Assembly (NCBI GenBank): GCA_963555825.3
Contig: CAUVXB020000002.1
Coordinates: forward strand, 1,568,001 to 1,632,000
Source: Alphaproteobacteria bacterium
GTDB taxonomy: Bacteria; Pseudomonadota; Alphaproteobacteria; JAAXGF01
Length of the DNA stretch: 64,000 nt
Direction: 5' to 3'
Of this stretch, positions 30,903-41,639 are shown piece by piece (position 1 is the first letter of the stretch; each line of letters opens with the position of its first letter). The position numbers were made by a program, and so were the translations under genes. The notes beneath the pieces were generated by a model that worked only from the letters and a program-made list of their open reading frames with translations, did no database searches and had not been told where the DNA came from.

Positions 30903-32210
30903 ATGGCCTGCTGCCACTATTACGCGCCGACCGAGGGCGGCGACACAGCGTTCATGGTCGATACCTCGACGATCGTCTTCGGCCCCGGCGTGCTGGCCGA
31001 GGTCGGCGACCATGCCCGCGCGCTCGGTATGCGCCGCGCCGCGCTGTTCACCGACGCGGGCCTCGCCGGGCTCGGCCATGTCGCGATCGTGCGCCGCGCG
31101 CTCGAAGACGCCGGTGTCGACGTCGCGCTCTACGATGCGGTGCGCGTCGAGCCGACCGACGAATCCTTCCTCGCCGCAGCGCGCTTCGCATCGCAAGCCG
31201 GTGTCGACGGCTTCGTCTCGGTCGGCGGCGGCTCGGTCATCGATACCGCAAAGGCGGCCAACCTCTACGCCAGCCACCCGGCCGACTTCCTGACTTACGT
31301 CAACGCGCCGATCGGCGGCGGCCAGCCGGTGCCGGGCCCGCTCAAACCCCATATCGCCTGCCCGACGACCTGCGGCACGGGCAGCGAATGCACCGGCATC
31401 GCGATCTTCGATCTGCTGGCGATGAAGGCCAAGACGGGCATCGTCTCGCGCAGCCTGCGCCCGACGCTCGCGCTGATCGACCCGACGACGACCTATACGC
31501 TGCCGACCGCCGTGGTCGCCGCCAGCGGCTTCGACGTGCTGAGCCACGCGCTCGAATCCTATACCGCGCGGCCCTACACGGCGCGCCCGGTCGATGCCCG
31601 CCCGAGCCTTCGGCCGCAGAGCCAAGGCGCCAACCCGTGGAGCGATAGCGGCTGTCTTGAGGCGCTGCGGCTGACCGGCGAATACCTGGTCCGCGCGGTG
31701 AGCGACGCGGCCGACCGCGAGGCGCGCGACAAGATGATGTACGCCGCGACGCTCGCGGGGCTGGCCTTCGGCAACGCCGGCTGCCACCTGCCGCACGGCA
31801 TGTCGTACTCGGTCTCCGGCCTGGTGCGCGACTTCCGGCCCGACGGCTACCCGCAAGGTGAGCCGATCGTGCCCCACGGCATGTCGGTCATCGTCAACGC
31901 GCCCGCCGTGTTCCGCTTCACGGCGCAAGCCTGCCCCGAGCGTCACCTCGAGGGCGCCGCATGCCTCGGCGCGGACGCGCGCGGCGCCGGTGCGGAAGAC
32001 GCCGGCGAGGTGCTCGCCGGGCGCATCGTCGCGCTGATGCAGGCGGCCCAAGTGCCCAACGGCATCGCCGGCGTCGGCTATACCGAGGCCGACATCCCGG
32101 CGCTCACCGCCGGCGCCTTCCCGCAGAAGCGCCTGCTCGATACCTCGCCGCGCCCGGTCGACGAGGCGGCGCTCGGCGGCATCTACGCCGCCGCCATGCG
32201 GTATTGGTAG
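30903..32210 (+). CDS. Hydroxyacid-oxoacid transhydrogenase (Fe-containing ADH family)
   Basis: [31 protein letters not shown]. Confidence 0.9.
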   Translation: MACCHYYAPTEGGDTAFMVDTSTIVFGPGVLAEVGDHARALGMRRAALFTDAGLAGLGHVAIVRRALEDAGVDVALYDAVRVEPTDESFLAAARFASQAGVDGFVSVGGGSVIDTAKAANLYASHPADFLTYVNAPIGGGQPVPGPLKPHIACPTTCGTGSECTGIAIFDLLAMKAKTGIVSRSLRPTLALIDPTTTYTLPTAVVAASGFDVLSHALESYTARPYTARPVDARPSLRPQSQGANPWSDSGCLEALRLTGEYLVRAVSDAADREARDKMMYAATLAGLAFGNAGCHLPHGMSYSVSGLVRDFRPDGYPQGEPIVPHGMSVIVNAPAVFRFTAQACPERHLEGAACLGADARGAGAEDAGEVLAGRIVALMQAAQVPNGIAGVGYTEADIPALTAGAFPQKRLLDTSPRPVDEAALGGIYAAAMRYW

Positions 32211-32218
32211 GCAGCGCG

Positions 32219-33343
32219 ATGGCCGACAACGTCGAGCGCTTCGGCTTCGGCCACGCGACGGGCGACGACTGGCACGCGGCGGTCGAGGCCTGTGCGGCCC
32301 AGCTCGAGGCGCCGGCGCGCGCCAATCTCGGATTCGTCTATGTCACCGACACGCTGGCCAGCGAGTTGGGCAAGATCACGGCGTATCTGGTGCAGCACAC
32401 CGGCGTGCGCGACTGGGTCGGCACGACCGGCGTCGGCATCTGCGCGACGGGTCGCGAGTATTTCGACCAGCCGGCGGTCTGCGCCATGGCCGGGACCTTT
32501 CCCGACGGCGCGTTCAGCCTGTTCGACGGCTTCGCCGGCGACGCCATGGCCTTCTTGGCGGAACGCGGCCCATGGGCGGCGCGCGGCGAGGGGCATTTCG
32601 CCGTCGTCCACGCCGACCCACGCGATCCCGAGATGATGCAGCGCGTGCCGGCGCTGGCCGAGGCGGCCGGCTGCTATCTGGTTGGCGGGCTGGCCTCGTC
32701 GCGCGAGACCTACGCCCATGTCGCCGGCGGGCTGACCGACGGCGGCCTCTCGGGCGTGCTGTTCTCGGACGCGGTGCCGGTGGTGACCGCGCTGACCCAG
32801 GGCTGCTCGCCGATCGGCCCGGTGCGCGAGGTCAATTCTTGCCACGCCAACATTGCCATCGAGATCGACGGCCGGCCGGCGCTCGAGGTCTTAAAAGAGG
32901 ACGTCGGCGAGGTGCTGGCCAAGGACCTCGGGCGCATCGGCGGCTATATCTTCGCCGCCTTCCTGGTGGCCGGCTCGGACCGCGCCGATTACATGGTGCG
33001 CAATCTGGTCGGCATCGACGAGGAGCGCGGCCTGGTCGGCATCGGCGCGCCGCTCGCCGAGGGCCAGCGGATCATGTTCTGCCGGCGCGACCGCGAGACC
33101 GCGCGCGCCGATCTGGCGCGCATGCTCGCCGATCTCAAGCGGCGCGCCAAGACGCCGCCAAAGGGCGCGGTCTATTACACCTGCCTGGGGCGCGGGCCGA
33201 ACATGTTCGGCGAGGATTCGGCCGAGCTGGTGGCGATCCGTGACGAGCTCGGCGACGTGCCGCTGGTCGGCTTCTTCTGCAACGGCGAAATCTCGCACGA
33301 CCGCGTTTACGGCTATACTGGGGTGCTGTCGCTGTTTCTCTGA
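32219..33343 (+). CDS. FIST N/C domain protein
   Basis: GGLASS, TQGCSPIG, CLGRG, GFFCNGEI, YGYT. Confidence 0.9.
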   Translation: MADNVERFGFGHATGDDWHAAVEACAAQLEAPARANLGFVYVTDTLASELGKITAYLVQHTGVRDWVGTTGVGICATGREYFDQPAVCAMAGTFPDGAFSLFDGFAGDAMAFLAERGPWAARGEGHFAVVHADPRDPEMMQRVPALAEAAGCYLVGGLASSRETYAHVAGGLTDGGLSGVLFSDAVPVVTALTQGCSPIGPVREVNSCHANIAIEIDGRPALEVLKEDVGEVLAKDLGRIGGYIFAAFLVAGSDRADYMVRNLVGIDEERGLVGIGAPLAEGQRIMFCRRDRETARADLARMLADLKRRAKTPPKGAVYYTCLGRGPNMFGEDSAELVAIRDELGDVPLVGFFCNGEISHDRVYGYTGVLSLFL

Positions 33344-33350
33344 CGCAATA

Positions 33351-33493
33351 TCCGATCGATTGAACTCGGTTGGATTCTTCCAGCCCGCGCCAGTCTTAAT
33401 GGGACAAGCGGGGGGCCGCCGACCGTTCGGCCAGTCCTTGTGGGATTAAGATTGGCATGCGCGGCGATTGAGCGCAGGTCACCATAGGTGACC
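33351..33493 (+). repeat. Structured intergenic repeat family B, copy 4 (reverse complement of copies 1-3)
   Basis: GGCCGCCGACCGTTCGGC and GCATGCGCGGCGATTGAGCGCA; terminal hairpin GGTCACC-ATA-GGTGACC. Confidence 0.85.
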
Positions 33494-33526
33494 GCACCAA
33501 TGAGCAAGACGAGGAGATCGAAATTC

Positions 33527-33976
33527 ATGAGTGACGACAAGGCGCGCGCGATCGGCATCAACCACGTGGGTCTCGAGGTCGGCGACATCGCCGCCGCGCT
33601 CGCGTTTTACGGCCGGCTTTTCGACTTCACCATGCGCAGCCAGAGCGAGACCGACGCGTTCATCGATCTGGGCGATCAGTTCATCGCGCTGTTCAAGGGC
33701 GACGACGACGCGCCCGACGTCGGCCGCCACTTCGGTATGGTGGTCGACGATCCGGGCAAGGTCAGGCGCAAGCTCGAGGAAATGGGCGTCGAGATCATGA
33801 ACGGCCCCGGCGTCGACTTCCACGACCCGTGGGGCAACTACTGGCAGATGGTGACCTACGACAAGATCCAGTTCATCAAGGCGCCGGCGGTGGCGCGCGC
33901 CATGGGCATCGACGACATCGAGAAGACCGAGACGGCCAAGCGCGAGATCGCCGAACGCGGCTTCGCCGAGGACTAG
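33527..33976 (+). CDS. VOC/glyoxalase family protein
   Basis: GINHVGLEV, HFG, DPWGN. Confidence 0.88.
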   Translation: MSDDKARAIGINHVGLEVGDIAAALAFYGRLFDFTMRSQSETDAFIDLGDQFIALFKGDDDAPDVGRHFGMVVDDPGKVRRKLEEMGVEIMNGPGVDFHDPWGNYWQMVTYDKIQFIKAPAVARAMGIDDIEKTETAKREIAERGFAED

Positions 33977-33980
33977 GCTG

Positions 33981-34694
33981 GTGTGCGCCAAGCCGGTCAT
34001 CGGCCTGACATTGGACAGCGAGCAGCCGGGTGGCTACTCGAAGTTTCCCTGGTGCGCGCTGCGCGAGAACTATTTCTCGGCGGTGCGCAACGCCGGCGGC
34101 CTGCCGGTCGCGCTGGCCAACGAGCCCGACGACGCCGAGGCCTATCTCGACCGCATCGAGGGCCTGGTCGTCACCGGGGGCGCCTTCGACGTCGACCCGG
34201 CGCTGTTCGGCGACAACGAGCGCCACGCGACGGTCGTCACCAAGGACAAGCGCACCCGGTTCGAGCTGGCGATCACCCGCGCGGCGGTCAAGCGCGACAT
34301 GCCGGTGCTTGGCATCTGCGGTGGCCAGCAGCTGCTCAACGTCGCGCTCGGCGGCACGCTGGTCCAGCACATCCCCGACGCCATCGCCGGCGCGCTGGCG
34401 CATGAGCAGCCCAACCCGCGCGACGAGCCCGGCCACACCGTGCGCATCGCGCCGGGCACCGTGCTCCACGATATCGTCGGCGCCGCCGAGATGGCGGTCA
34501 ACAGCGCGCATCATCAGGCGGTGCGCGAGGTGGCGCCGGGTCTGGTCGTCGACGCGACCGCCGAGGACGGCGTCATCGAGGGCATCGAGGACCCCAGCCT
34601 GCGCTTCTGCATCGGCGTGCAGTGGCACCCCGAGTTCGAGATCTCGGACGGCGACAAGCGCATCTTCGCCGCCTTCGTGACCGCGGCCTGGTAA
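33981..34694 (+). CDS. Gamma-glutamyl-gamma-aminobutyrate hydrolase family (peptidase C26)
   Basis: LGICGGQQ, NSAHHQAV, GVQWHPE. Confidence 0.92.
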   Translation: MCAKPVIGLTLDSEQPGGYSKFPWCALRENYFSAVRNAGGLPVALANEPDDAEAYLDRIEGLVVTGGAFDVDPALFGDNERHATVVTKDKRTRFELAITRAAVKRDMPVLGICGGQQLLNVALGGTLVQHIPDAIAGALAHEQPNPRDEPGHTVRIAPGTVLHDIVGAAEMAVNSAHHQAVREVAPGLVVDATAEDGVIEGIEDPSLRFCIGVQWHPEFEISDGDKRIFAAFVTAAW

Positions 34695-34711
34695 CGGCGG
34701 GGTCGACCCCC

Positions 34712-35491
34712 ATGAGCGACAAGGGCGAACGCATCGCCAAGCGGCTGGCGAGGGCCGGGCTGTGCTCGCGCCGCGAGGCCGAGCGCTGGATCGCCGCCGG
34801 CCGCGTCACACTCGACGGCGAAAGGCTGACCAGCCCGGCGGTCGACGTGCGCGCAGGCGCCCGCATCACGGTCGACGGCCGGCCACTGCGGGCGGCCGAG
34901 CCGACGCGGCTCTGGCGCTATCACAAGCCGCGCGGCCTGATCTGCGCCGAGCGCGACCCGCGGGGCCGCGCCAGCGTGTTCGACGCATTGCCCGACACCA
35001 TGCCGCGCGTCGTCTCGGTCGGCCGCCTCGACATCGCCTCCGAGGGGCTGTTGCTGCTGACCAACGACGGCGACCTGGCGCGCCGGCTCGAACTGCCGTC
35101 GACCGGCTGGCTGCGCCGCTATCGCGTGCGCGCGTTCGGTCGGGCCAGTGACGAGGCGCTGGCCGCGTTGGCCCGGGGCGTCACCGTCGACGGCATCGCC
35201 TACGGGCGGGTGCAGGCGAGCCTCGATCGGCAGAAGGGCGACAACGCCTGGTTCACGATCGGCTTGCGCGAGGGCAAGAACCGCGAGGTGCGCCGGCTGA
35301 TGGAGCATATGGGGCTGACGGTCAACCGCCTGATCCGCACCGCCTTCGGGCCGTTCCAGCTCGGCAATCTGGCGGCGGGAGCGGTCGCCGAGGTGCCCGC
35401 CAAGGTGCTCGCCGATCAGCTCGGCGCCGCCGCGCCGGCGTCGCCCAAGCCCAAGAAGTCCCACCGCCCCGCCAAGCGCCGCAAGCGCTGA
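34712..35491 (+). CDS. RsuA/RluB-family rRNA pseudouridine synthase
   Basis: S4 domain (GLCSRREAE), VGRLD..SEGLLLLTNDG, EGKNREVRR. Confidence 0.93.
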   Translation: MSDKGERIAKRLARAGLCSRREAERWIAAGRVTLDGERLTSPAVDVRAGARITVDGRPLRAAEPTRLWRYHKPRGLICAERDPRGRASVFDALPDTMPRVVSVGRLDIASEGLLLLTNDGDLARRLELPSTGWLRRYRVRAFGRASDEALAALARGVTVDGIAYGRVQASLDRQKGDNAWFTIGLREGKNREVRRLMEHMGLTVNRLIRTAFGPFQLGNLAAGAVAEVPAKVLADQLGAAAPASPKPKKSHRPAKRRKR

Positions 35492-35497
35492 ACGACC

Positions 35498-35890
35498 ATG
35501 AAATCCGTTCCCGTCGGCATCACGCTGCAAGAGAGCTTCGCGACCAGCGCCGATCAAACCGCCGCCGCGGCCGGCAACGCGGGCGTCGAGGTGATCTCGA
35601 GCGTGGCGCTGATCCTCTATATCGAGGAGGCCTGCTACCACCTCATCGCGCCCTATTACGAAGCCGGCGAGCTGACCGTCGGCACGCGTTTCGCGCTGGA
35701 TCACGTCGGCCCGGCGCTGCCGGGCGACCCGGTCGACGTGGCGGTCGCGGTCGACGCGATCGCGGGCCGGCGCGTCACCTTCGGCGTGACGGTCACGCAG
35801 GACGGCCGCACGGTAATGCATGGCACCCACCAGCGCGCCTTCGTCGACGGCGCCCGCTTCGGCGGCGGCCCGGCCCGGCCCGGCGTATAG
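35498..35890 (+). CDS. FlK-like hotdog thioesterase
   Basis: IEEAC, TVGT...H, GTHQRA. Confidence 0.8.
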   Translation: MKSVPVGITLQESFATSADQTAAAAGNAGVEVISSVALILYIEEACYHLIAPYYEAGELTVGTRFALDHVGPALPGDPVDVAVAVDAIAGRRVTFGVTVTQDGRTVMHGTHQRAFVDGARFGGGPARPGV

Positions 35891-35908
35891 CAAAGCAGGA
35901 GGTTACCA

Positions 35909-36325
35909 ATGGGGCATCAGCGCTTTCGCAAGTTCAACACCAAGGACATGTATCCGGACCAAACGATCGACAACGACATGTGCATGATCGTCAGGTCGGG
36001 GCGCCACGTCTTCCTGCGCGGCCAGACGGGCTTCGACCTGGACGGCAGATTCGTCGGCGCGGGCGACCCGGCGGCCCAGGCCGACCAGGCCATGAAAAAC
36101 GTCAAGGTCTTGTTGGAGGAGGCCGGCGCGACGCTGGCCGACATCTGCAAGATCACCACCTACATCACGGACCGGGCCTATCGCGAGCCGGTCTACAACA
36201 CCGTCGGCCGGCATCTTGCGGGCGTCTTTCCCTGCGGCACCGGGCTGATCGTCAACGGCCTCGCGCTGCCCGAGATGATGATGGAGATCGACGTCGACGC
36301 CATGATCCCGGAAGACCGGGCCTAG
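35909..36325 (+). CDS. RidA family protein
   Basis: FLRGQTG, QADQAMKN, EIDVDA. Confidence 0.88.
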   Translation: MGHQRFRKFNTKDMYPDQTIDNDMCMIVRSGRHVFLRGQTGFDLDGRFVGAGDPAAQADQAMKNVKVLLEEAGATLADICKITTYITDRAYREPVYNTVGRHLAGVFPCGTGLIVNGLALPEMMMEIDVDAMIPEDRA

Positions 36326-36329
36326 CCCC

Positions 36330-37985
36330 GTGCCACGCGCGAACATACCGATCGAGGTCGGCCGCGGCCCGAACCTGCGTTGCCGGGGCTGGCGCCAGGA
36401 AGGCATCTTGCGCATGCTCGAGAACACGCTGGCCAACGGCGAGAGGCCCGAGGAGCTGATCGTCTACGGCGGCTCGGGCCGGGTCGCGCGCAACTGGGAG
36501 TGCTATCACGCCATCGTCGCCGCGCTCGAGACGCTGGAAGACGACCAGACCCTGTTCATTCAGTCGGGCAAGCCGGTCGCGGTGTTCCGCACCCATCCGC
36601 TGGCGCCGCGCGTCTTGACCGCGAACACCAACCTGGTCGGCAAGTGGGCCAACTGGGAGACCTTTCGCGAGCTCGAGGCCAAGGGCCTCATGATGTACGG
36701 CCAGTATACCGCCGGCACCTGGTGCTACATTGGCACCCAGGGCATCCTGCAGGGCACTTACGAAACCTTCGCCGCCTGCGCGCGCGAGCGCTTCGGCGGC
36801 GCTCTCGGCGGTCGGGTCGTGCTGACCGCCGGCTTGGGCGGCATGGGCGGCGCGCAGCCGCTCGCGGTCAAGATGGCGGGCGGCGTGTGCATCGCCGTCG
36901 AGGTCGATCGCGCGAAGGCCGAGCGGCGGCTCGAGGGCGGCTACTGCGACGTAATCTTGCACGACGTCGACGAAGCGCTGGCGGCGGCGCGCGCCGCGGC
37001 CGCGCGGCGCGAGCCGTTGGGCCTGGCGCTGATCGGCAACGCCGCGGCGGTCTTCCCGCGCTTGCTCGAGCAGGGCTTCGAGCCCGACGTGGTGACCGAT
37101 CAGACCTCGGCCCACGACCCGCTGAACGGGTACGTTCCGGTGGACTACAGCCTCGAACAGGCGATCGACGTCCGGGCGCGCGACGCCGAGCGCTACATCG
37201 CCGACTCGACGGCAAGCATGGTCTGCCAGGTCCGGGCCATGCTCGGCTTCCAGGCCCGAGGCGCGGTGGTCTTCGAATACGGCAACAACATCCGCGGCGC
37301 CGCGCGCGACGCCGGCGAGCCGCGCGCCTTCGACATCCAGGGTTTCGTGCCGCTGTTCGTCAGGCCGTCGTTTTGCGTCGGCCGCGGCCCGTTCCGTTGG
37401 GTCTGCCTGTCGGGTGAAGCCGACGACCTGCGGCTGACCGATGCGGCGGTGCTCCGCGAATTCCCCGACGACGCACGGCTGCGGACCTGGATGGACATGG
37501 CGATGGCGCGCGTGCCGATCGAGAACCTGCCGGCGAGAACCTGCTGGCTCGGCCTCGGCGAGCGCGACCATTTCGGCCGCCTGCTCAACGCGATGGTTCG
37601 CTCGGGCGAACTCCAGGGGCCGGTGGCATTGTCGCGCGACCATCTCGACAGCGGCTCGGTCGCGCAGCCGACGCGCGAGACCGAGGCCATGGCGGACGGC
37701 TCCGACGCGATCGCCGATTGGCCGCTGCTGAACGCCATGGGCAACATCGCCAACGGCGCCGATCTGGTCTCGATCCATCAGGGCGCGGGAAGCGGCATGG
37801 GCGGCTCGATCTCGGCCGGCCTGATCGTCATCGCCGACGGCAGCGATGCGGCCGATGCGCGTATCTCGCGCTGCCAGTTCACCGACCCGGCGATCGGCGT
37901 CGTCCGTCACGCCGACGCCGGCTACGCGAGCGCGGACGCCGCCGCCCGGTCCGCCTCGATCATTCGGCCGCTGGGCGGCAAATAA
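36330..37985 (+). CDS. Urocanate hydratase family protein (divergent)
   Basis: ELIVYGG, QSGKPV, GTQGILQGTYETF, GLGGMGGAQ, DQTSAHD, GPFRW, RDHLD. Confidence 0.9.
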   Translation: MPRANIPIEVGRGPNLRCRGWRQEGILRMLENTLANGERPEELIVYGGSGRVARNWECYHAIVAALETLEDDQTLFIQSGKPVAVFRTHPLAPRVLTANTNLVGKWANWETFRELEAKGLMMYGQYTAGTWCYIGTQGILQGTYETFAACARERFGGALGGRVVLTAGLGGMGGAQPLAVKMAGGVCIAVEVDRAKAERRLEGGYCDVILHDVDEALAAARAAAARREPLGLALIGNAAAVFPRLLEQGFEPDVVTDQTSAHDPLNGYVPVDYSLEQAIDVRARDAERYIADSTASMVCQVRAMLGFQARGAVVFEYGNNIRGAARDAGEPRAFDIQGFVPLFVRPSFCVGRGPFRWVCLSGEADDLRLTDAAVLREFPDDARLRTWMDMAMARVPIENLPARTCWLGLGERDHFGRLLNAMVRSGELQGPVALSRDHLDSGSVAQPTRETEAMADGSDAIADWPLLNAMGNIANGADLVSIHQGAGSGMGGSISAGLIVIADGSDAADARISRCQFTDPAIGVVRHADAGYASADAAARSASIIRPLGGK

Positions 37986-38100
37986 CGCCCCTATACAAAG
38001 TGTTCGGGCACAAGGAGCGACGCGGATCGGCACGCCCGCCGCGCGGCTTTCGCTGGCCCGCCGTTTCGGGTAAAATCCGCATAATTCGAGGGAGGCGCGC

Positions 38101-38766
38101 ATGGGCGGTTTCATCGAGGTCGAACTGGCCGACGGCGGTTCGAACCGGGGCTATCTCGCCGAGACCGCCGAGCGCGGCGCGCCGAGCGTCGTCGTCATCC
38201 AAGAATGGTGGGGCCTGCAGGACCAGATCACCGGCATTTGCGACCGGCTCGCCGCGGCCGGCTACCACGCGTTGGCGCCCGATCTCTACGGCGGCGAGGT
38301 GGCGCCCTATCACGACAGCGCCGCCGCCGAGGCGGCGATGAACGCGCTCGACGTCATGGCGGCGACCGAGGGGGCGGTCGCCGGCGCCGCCCGGCGCCTG
38401 GCCGCGAACGGCGCCAAGGTCGGGCTGACCGGCTTTTGTCTCGGCGGGTTGATCACGGTGCTCGGCGCGATCCGTGTGCCGGGCCTCGCCGCCGCGGTCT
38501 GTTTCTACGGCCTGCCGTCGCCCGAGATGGGCGCGCCGGGCGACATCGCGATCCCGTTCCAGGCGCATTTCGCCAACGACGACGACTGGTGCACGCCGGC
38601 CGTGGTCGACGCCTTCGAGGCCGGCCTGGGCGCGGACGCCGAACTCCAGCGCTACGACGCCAAGCACGGCTTCATGAACGAGCAGCAGCCGTCGATCCAC
38701 GACGCCGCGGCGGCAAGTATCGCGGGGCAGCGCATGCTCGATTTCTGGCGCCGCCACCTGGCGTAA
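38101..38766 (+). CDS. Dienelactone hydrolase family protein
   Basis: QEWWGL, GFCLGG, HGF. Confidence 0.9.
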   Translation: MGGFIEVELADGGSNRGYLAETAERGAPSVVVIQEWWGLQDQITGICDRLAAAGYHALAPDLYGGEVAPYHDSAAAEAAMNALDVMAATEGAVAGAARRLAANGAKVGLTGFCLGGLITVLGAIRVPGLAAAVCFYGLPSPEMGAPGDIAIPFQAHFANDDDWCTPAVVDAFEAGLGADAELQRYDAKHGFMNEQQPSIHDAAAASIAGQRMLDFWRRHLA

Positions 38767-38784
38767 CCGGGGAGGCGGCGGACG

Positions 38785-39351
38785 ATGAGGATCATCGCCG
38801 GTCGGCTCCGCGGACGGTCGCTCGCGGCGCCCGCGGGCCTCGATGTCCGCCCGACCGCGGAGCGGGTGCGCGAAGCGCTGTTCAACGTGCTGGCGCACAA
38901 CGACTATGGCCCGGATGACTCGCCGCTACTCCAGGGCGCGCGCGTGATCGACGCCTTCGCCGGCACCGGCGCGCTCGGCTTCGAGGCGCTGTCGCGCGGC
39001 GCCCAACACGTCACCTTCTTCGAGAACGACGCGACGGCGCACCGCGCGCTGCACGCCAACGCGGCGGCGCTCGGCGTGACCGGCGAGATCGCCATCGTGC
39101 CGAGCGACGCGACGCGCCCGGGACCGAGCCTCGGCGCGGCGGCGCTGGCGTTTCTCGACCCGCCGTACGACTCGGGCCTCGCCGCGCCGGCGCTCGCCGC
39201 CTTCGCCGCGGGCGGCTGGCTCGCCGACGGCGCGCTCGCGGTCGTCGAACTCGCCGCCAAGGAGGCCTTTTCGCCGCCGATCGGCTTCGAGACCGTCGAT
39301 GCCCGGCGCTACGGCGCGGCCCGCCTGATCTTCCTGCGCCACGCGCCGTGA
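38785..39351 (+). CDS. rsmD: 16S rRNA m2G966 methyltransferase
   Basis: MRIIAG, RPT..RVREALFN, DAFAGTGALG, FLDPPY. Confidence 0.93.
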   Translation: MRIIAGRLRGRSLAAPAGLDVRPTAERVREALFNVLAHNDYGPDDSPLLQGARVIDAFAGTGALGFEALSRGAQHVTFFENDATAHRALHANAAALGVTGEIAIVPSDATRPGPSLGAAALAFLDPPYDSGLAAPALAAFAAGGWLADGALAVVELAAKEAFSPPIGFETVDARRYGAARLIFLRHAP

Positions 39352-39446
39352 GGCGGCGGCCAACGCGATCGTTACTGGACAGCGGGGCCGGAAGCGACAA
39401 TAACAGCCGAATCGTGAGGCAACCATTGGCTGGCAACGGCAACACG

Positions 39447-40028
39447 ATGGATTTTCGACTGATTCGCCGCCTGATCGTCGACAAGCTATACGACCGCACG
39501 ACCTATGGCGTTGCCGTGGTCGTCGGCACGCTGATCAGCGCCTACGGGCACCTCTTGGTGCCCTGGATTCGCTCGGACGTGAACCCGTTCACGGCCTTTG
39601 CGACCGAATTCGGGCGCACGCCGTTCCTGACGCTGTTTTCGGTCTTCCTGGCCTACGCCTTCCCGTTCTGCGTCGGCATTTATTCGGCCGTCGCGGTGCG
39701 CTATGCGAACCGGCGTATCGAATCGATTGCCGATTTCCCCGAGCGCAAGCCCGACCCGGTGTTCCGCGCCGCGCGCGACGGCCGCCTCGTCGAGGTCGGC
39801 GCCAACACCCAGCGGATGTTCGAGAAGTACCAGATCGATTGCGCGCAGAAGATTCTGGGCGAGCAGCTGTGGGCCGGTATCGTGTTGGACAAGCCGGCCG
39901 ACGGACAGATCAGTGTCTATTTCGAGGCCGAGGGGGCCGAGTATCTGGTCGCCCACGCGCCGGCCGAGGATGGCGCGATCAACGTCTACCTGACCCGCCT
40001 CGCCACGCCCGGCGCCGCCGCCGAATAG
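39447..40028 (+). CDS. Hypothetical membrane protein (two TM segments plus a PAS-like C-terminal part)
   Basis: Two hydrophobic segments followed by FPERKPDPVFR. Confidence 0.65.
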   Translation: MDFRLIRRLIVDKLYDRTTYGVAVVVGTLISAYGHLLVPWIRSDVNPFTAFATEFGRTPFLTLFSVFLAYAFPFCVGIYSAVAVRYANRRIESIADFPERKPDPVFRAARDGRLVEVGANTQRMFEKYQIDCAQKILGEQLWAGIVLDKPADGQISVYFEAEGAEYLVAHAPAEDGAINVYLTRLATPGAAAE

Positions 40029-40356
40029 CAATAAACGTAAGCAGTATATATTTATGGTCACGGACAGGGTCCCGCGGGACGGTCCGTGTGAATACCGAAA
40101 ACATATACTGCTTAGGTTTGTGTTACGGCTCCATTGAGTACGAAAGATTTCGTATCGACATATTACGCTATTGGAGTTGACGGCGAGTCGGACAGCCCCC
40201 ATGTGCGGCAGGGCTGGCGCCTGTTCAACACGACCTCAAAGGCACGAGCGCGCGTTGATGCGGGCCAGAAATCCCTACCCCTTTAGCGGACGCTAGTCCA
40301 AAAGTGACTATCCCGATGGAAAATGACCGGATCAAAGCAACCTCGGAAAAATACTC

Positions 40357-41342
40357 ATGAAAGCGATAGTATACACAAAATACGGACCACCGGATGTTCT
40401 TCAGCTCAAAGAGGTCCAAAAACCGACGCCCAAAGACGATGAAGTCCTGATAAAAATTCATGCTACATCCCTGAATGCCTCGGACTGGGAAATCCTGAGA
40501 GGCAAGCCGGCGTATGCACGCATATTTGGTCTGCTAAAACCAAAAATCAGGATACTCGGATCTGATATAGCGGGAAGGGTTGAAGCGGTTGGCGGAAACG
40601 TCACGCTGTTTCAGCCAGGCGATGACGTGTTCGGTGACACATTCGGGTCTTTTGGCGGTTTTGCCGAGTATGTTTGTGCGCGTGAGGACAAGTTGATGCC
40701 TAAACCGGCTACGATGACTTTTGAGCAAGCTGCGGCCCTGCCGCAAGCCGGCGTCCTTGCCCTACAGGGGCTTCGCGATAAAGGGCAGATTCAGCCGGGA
40801 CAAAAGGTTCTGATTAATGGTGCGGGCGGGAGTTGCGGTACGTTCGCCATACAACTGGCCAAAATGTTCGGCGCCCACGTCACGGGCATAGACCGCACGA
40901 GTAAATTGGACATGATGCGATCGATTGGCGCGGATCATGTCATCGATTACACACGGGAAGATTTCGCCCAAGCCCAAAGTGAGCAGCGCTAGATCTTATT
41001 CTTGATTTTATGGCTTACCGATCGATGTTCGATCACATGCGCGTTTTGGGGCCAACAGGGAGGTGCGTCGTTGTCGGCGGTTCCATGTTCCGAGTTCTCC
41101 AAACCCTATTCTTGGGATCGACAATGTCGATGTTCGGGCGTAAAAAAATGATGATCCTGGATCATCATCAAAACAAAAAGGACATCGGTTTCATGGCAGA
41201 ACTCCATGAATCGGGTAAAGTCATACCTGTTATTGATCGACACTTCCTGTTAAGTGAGGTTCCTGAAGCGCTCCAGTTTCTTGGAGACGGCCTCGCCAAG
41301 GGAAAAGTCGTAATCACTTTGGACCATAGCAACACAATCTAG
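40357..41342 (+). pseudogene. NAD(P)-dependent MDR (quinone oxidoreductase-like), frameshift near 40990
   Basis: MKAIV..YGPPDVL, INGAGG, GADHVIDY, GKVVI; CGCTAGATCTT appears to be R-Y-D-L missing one base; lower GC than flanks. Confidence 0.85.
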
Positions 41343-41406
41343 CAAAGCGCTGCACCCGACCGCTGTGCCAGGGAGCTTCATAGTGACAGGCGAGCTGAAG
41401 CGCTCT
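41337..41406 (+). other. Degenerate attC-like site
   Basis: ATCTAGC-AAAGC-GCTGCACCCGAC...GGCGAGCTGAAGCG overlapping the stop; no intact GTTRRRY. Confidence 0.35.
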
Positions 41407-41639
41407 CCGAAGTCGGGCTACCCGGCGGGCGGATTTTCCGGGTTTGACGTCTATGCGGCTGATGCGGACGGGTATGATTTTACTGTCTGAGCAAATTCCC
41501 ATGACGGTTTGGGCCTATCCGACGGTGCTGAACCACTCCGCGTTGAGAACTCCTCGGCGTAAAGTTCCGTTGAATCGTTCGTTGTGACCGGCAATTATCG
41601 GCGATTAACAGTCCGATTAAGTCTGGAGCCTAAGGTCTT

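Noticed and set aside
41605-41622. CtrA box (TTAA-N7-TTAA)
   Set aside because: Spacing is 8 nt and the site lies between convergent genes.
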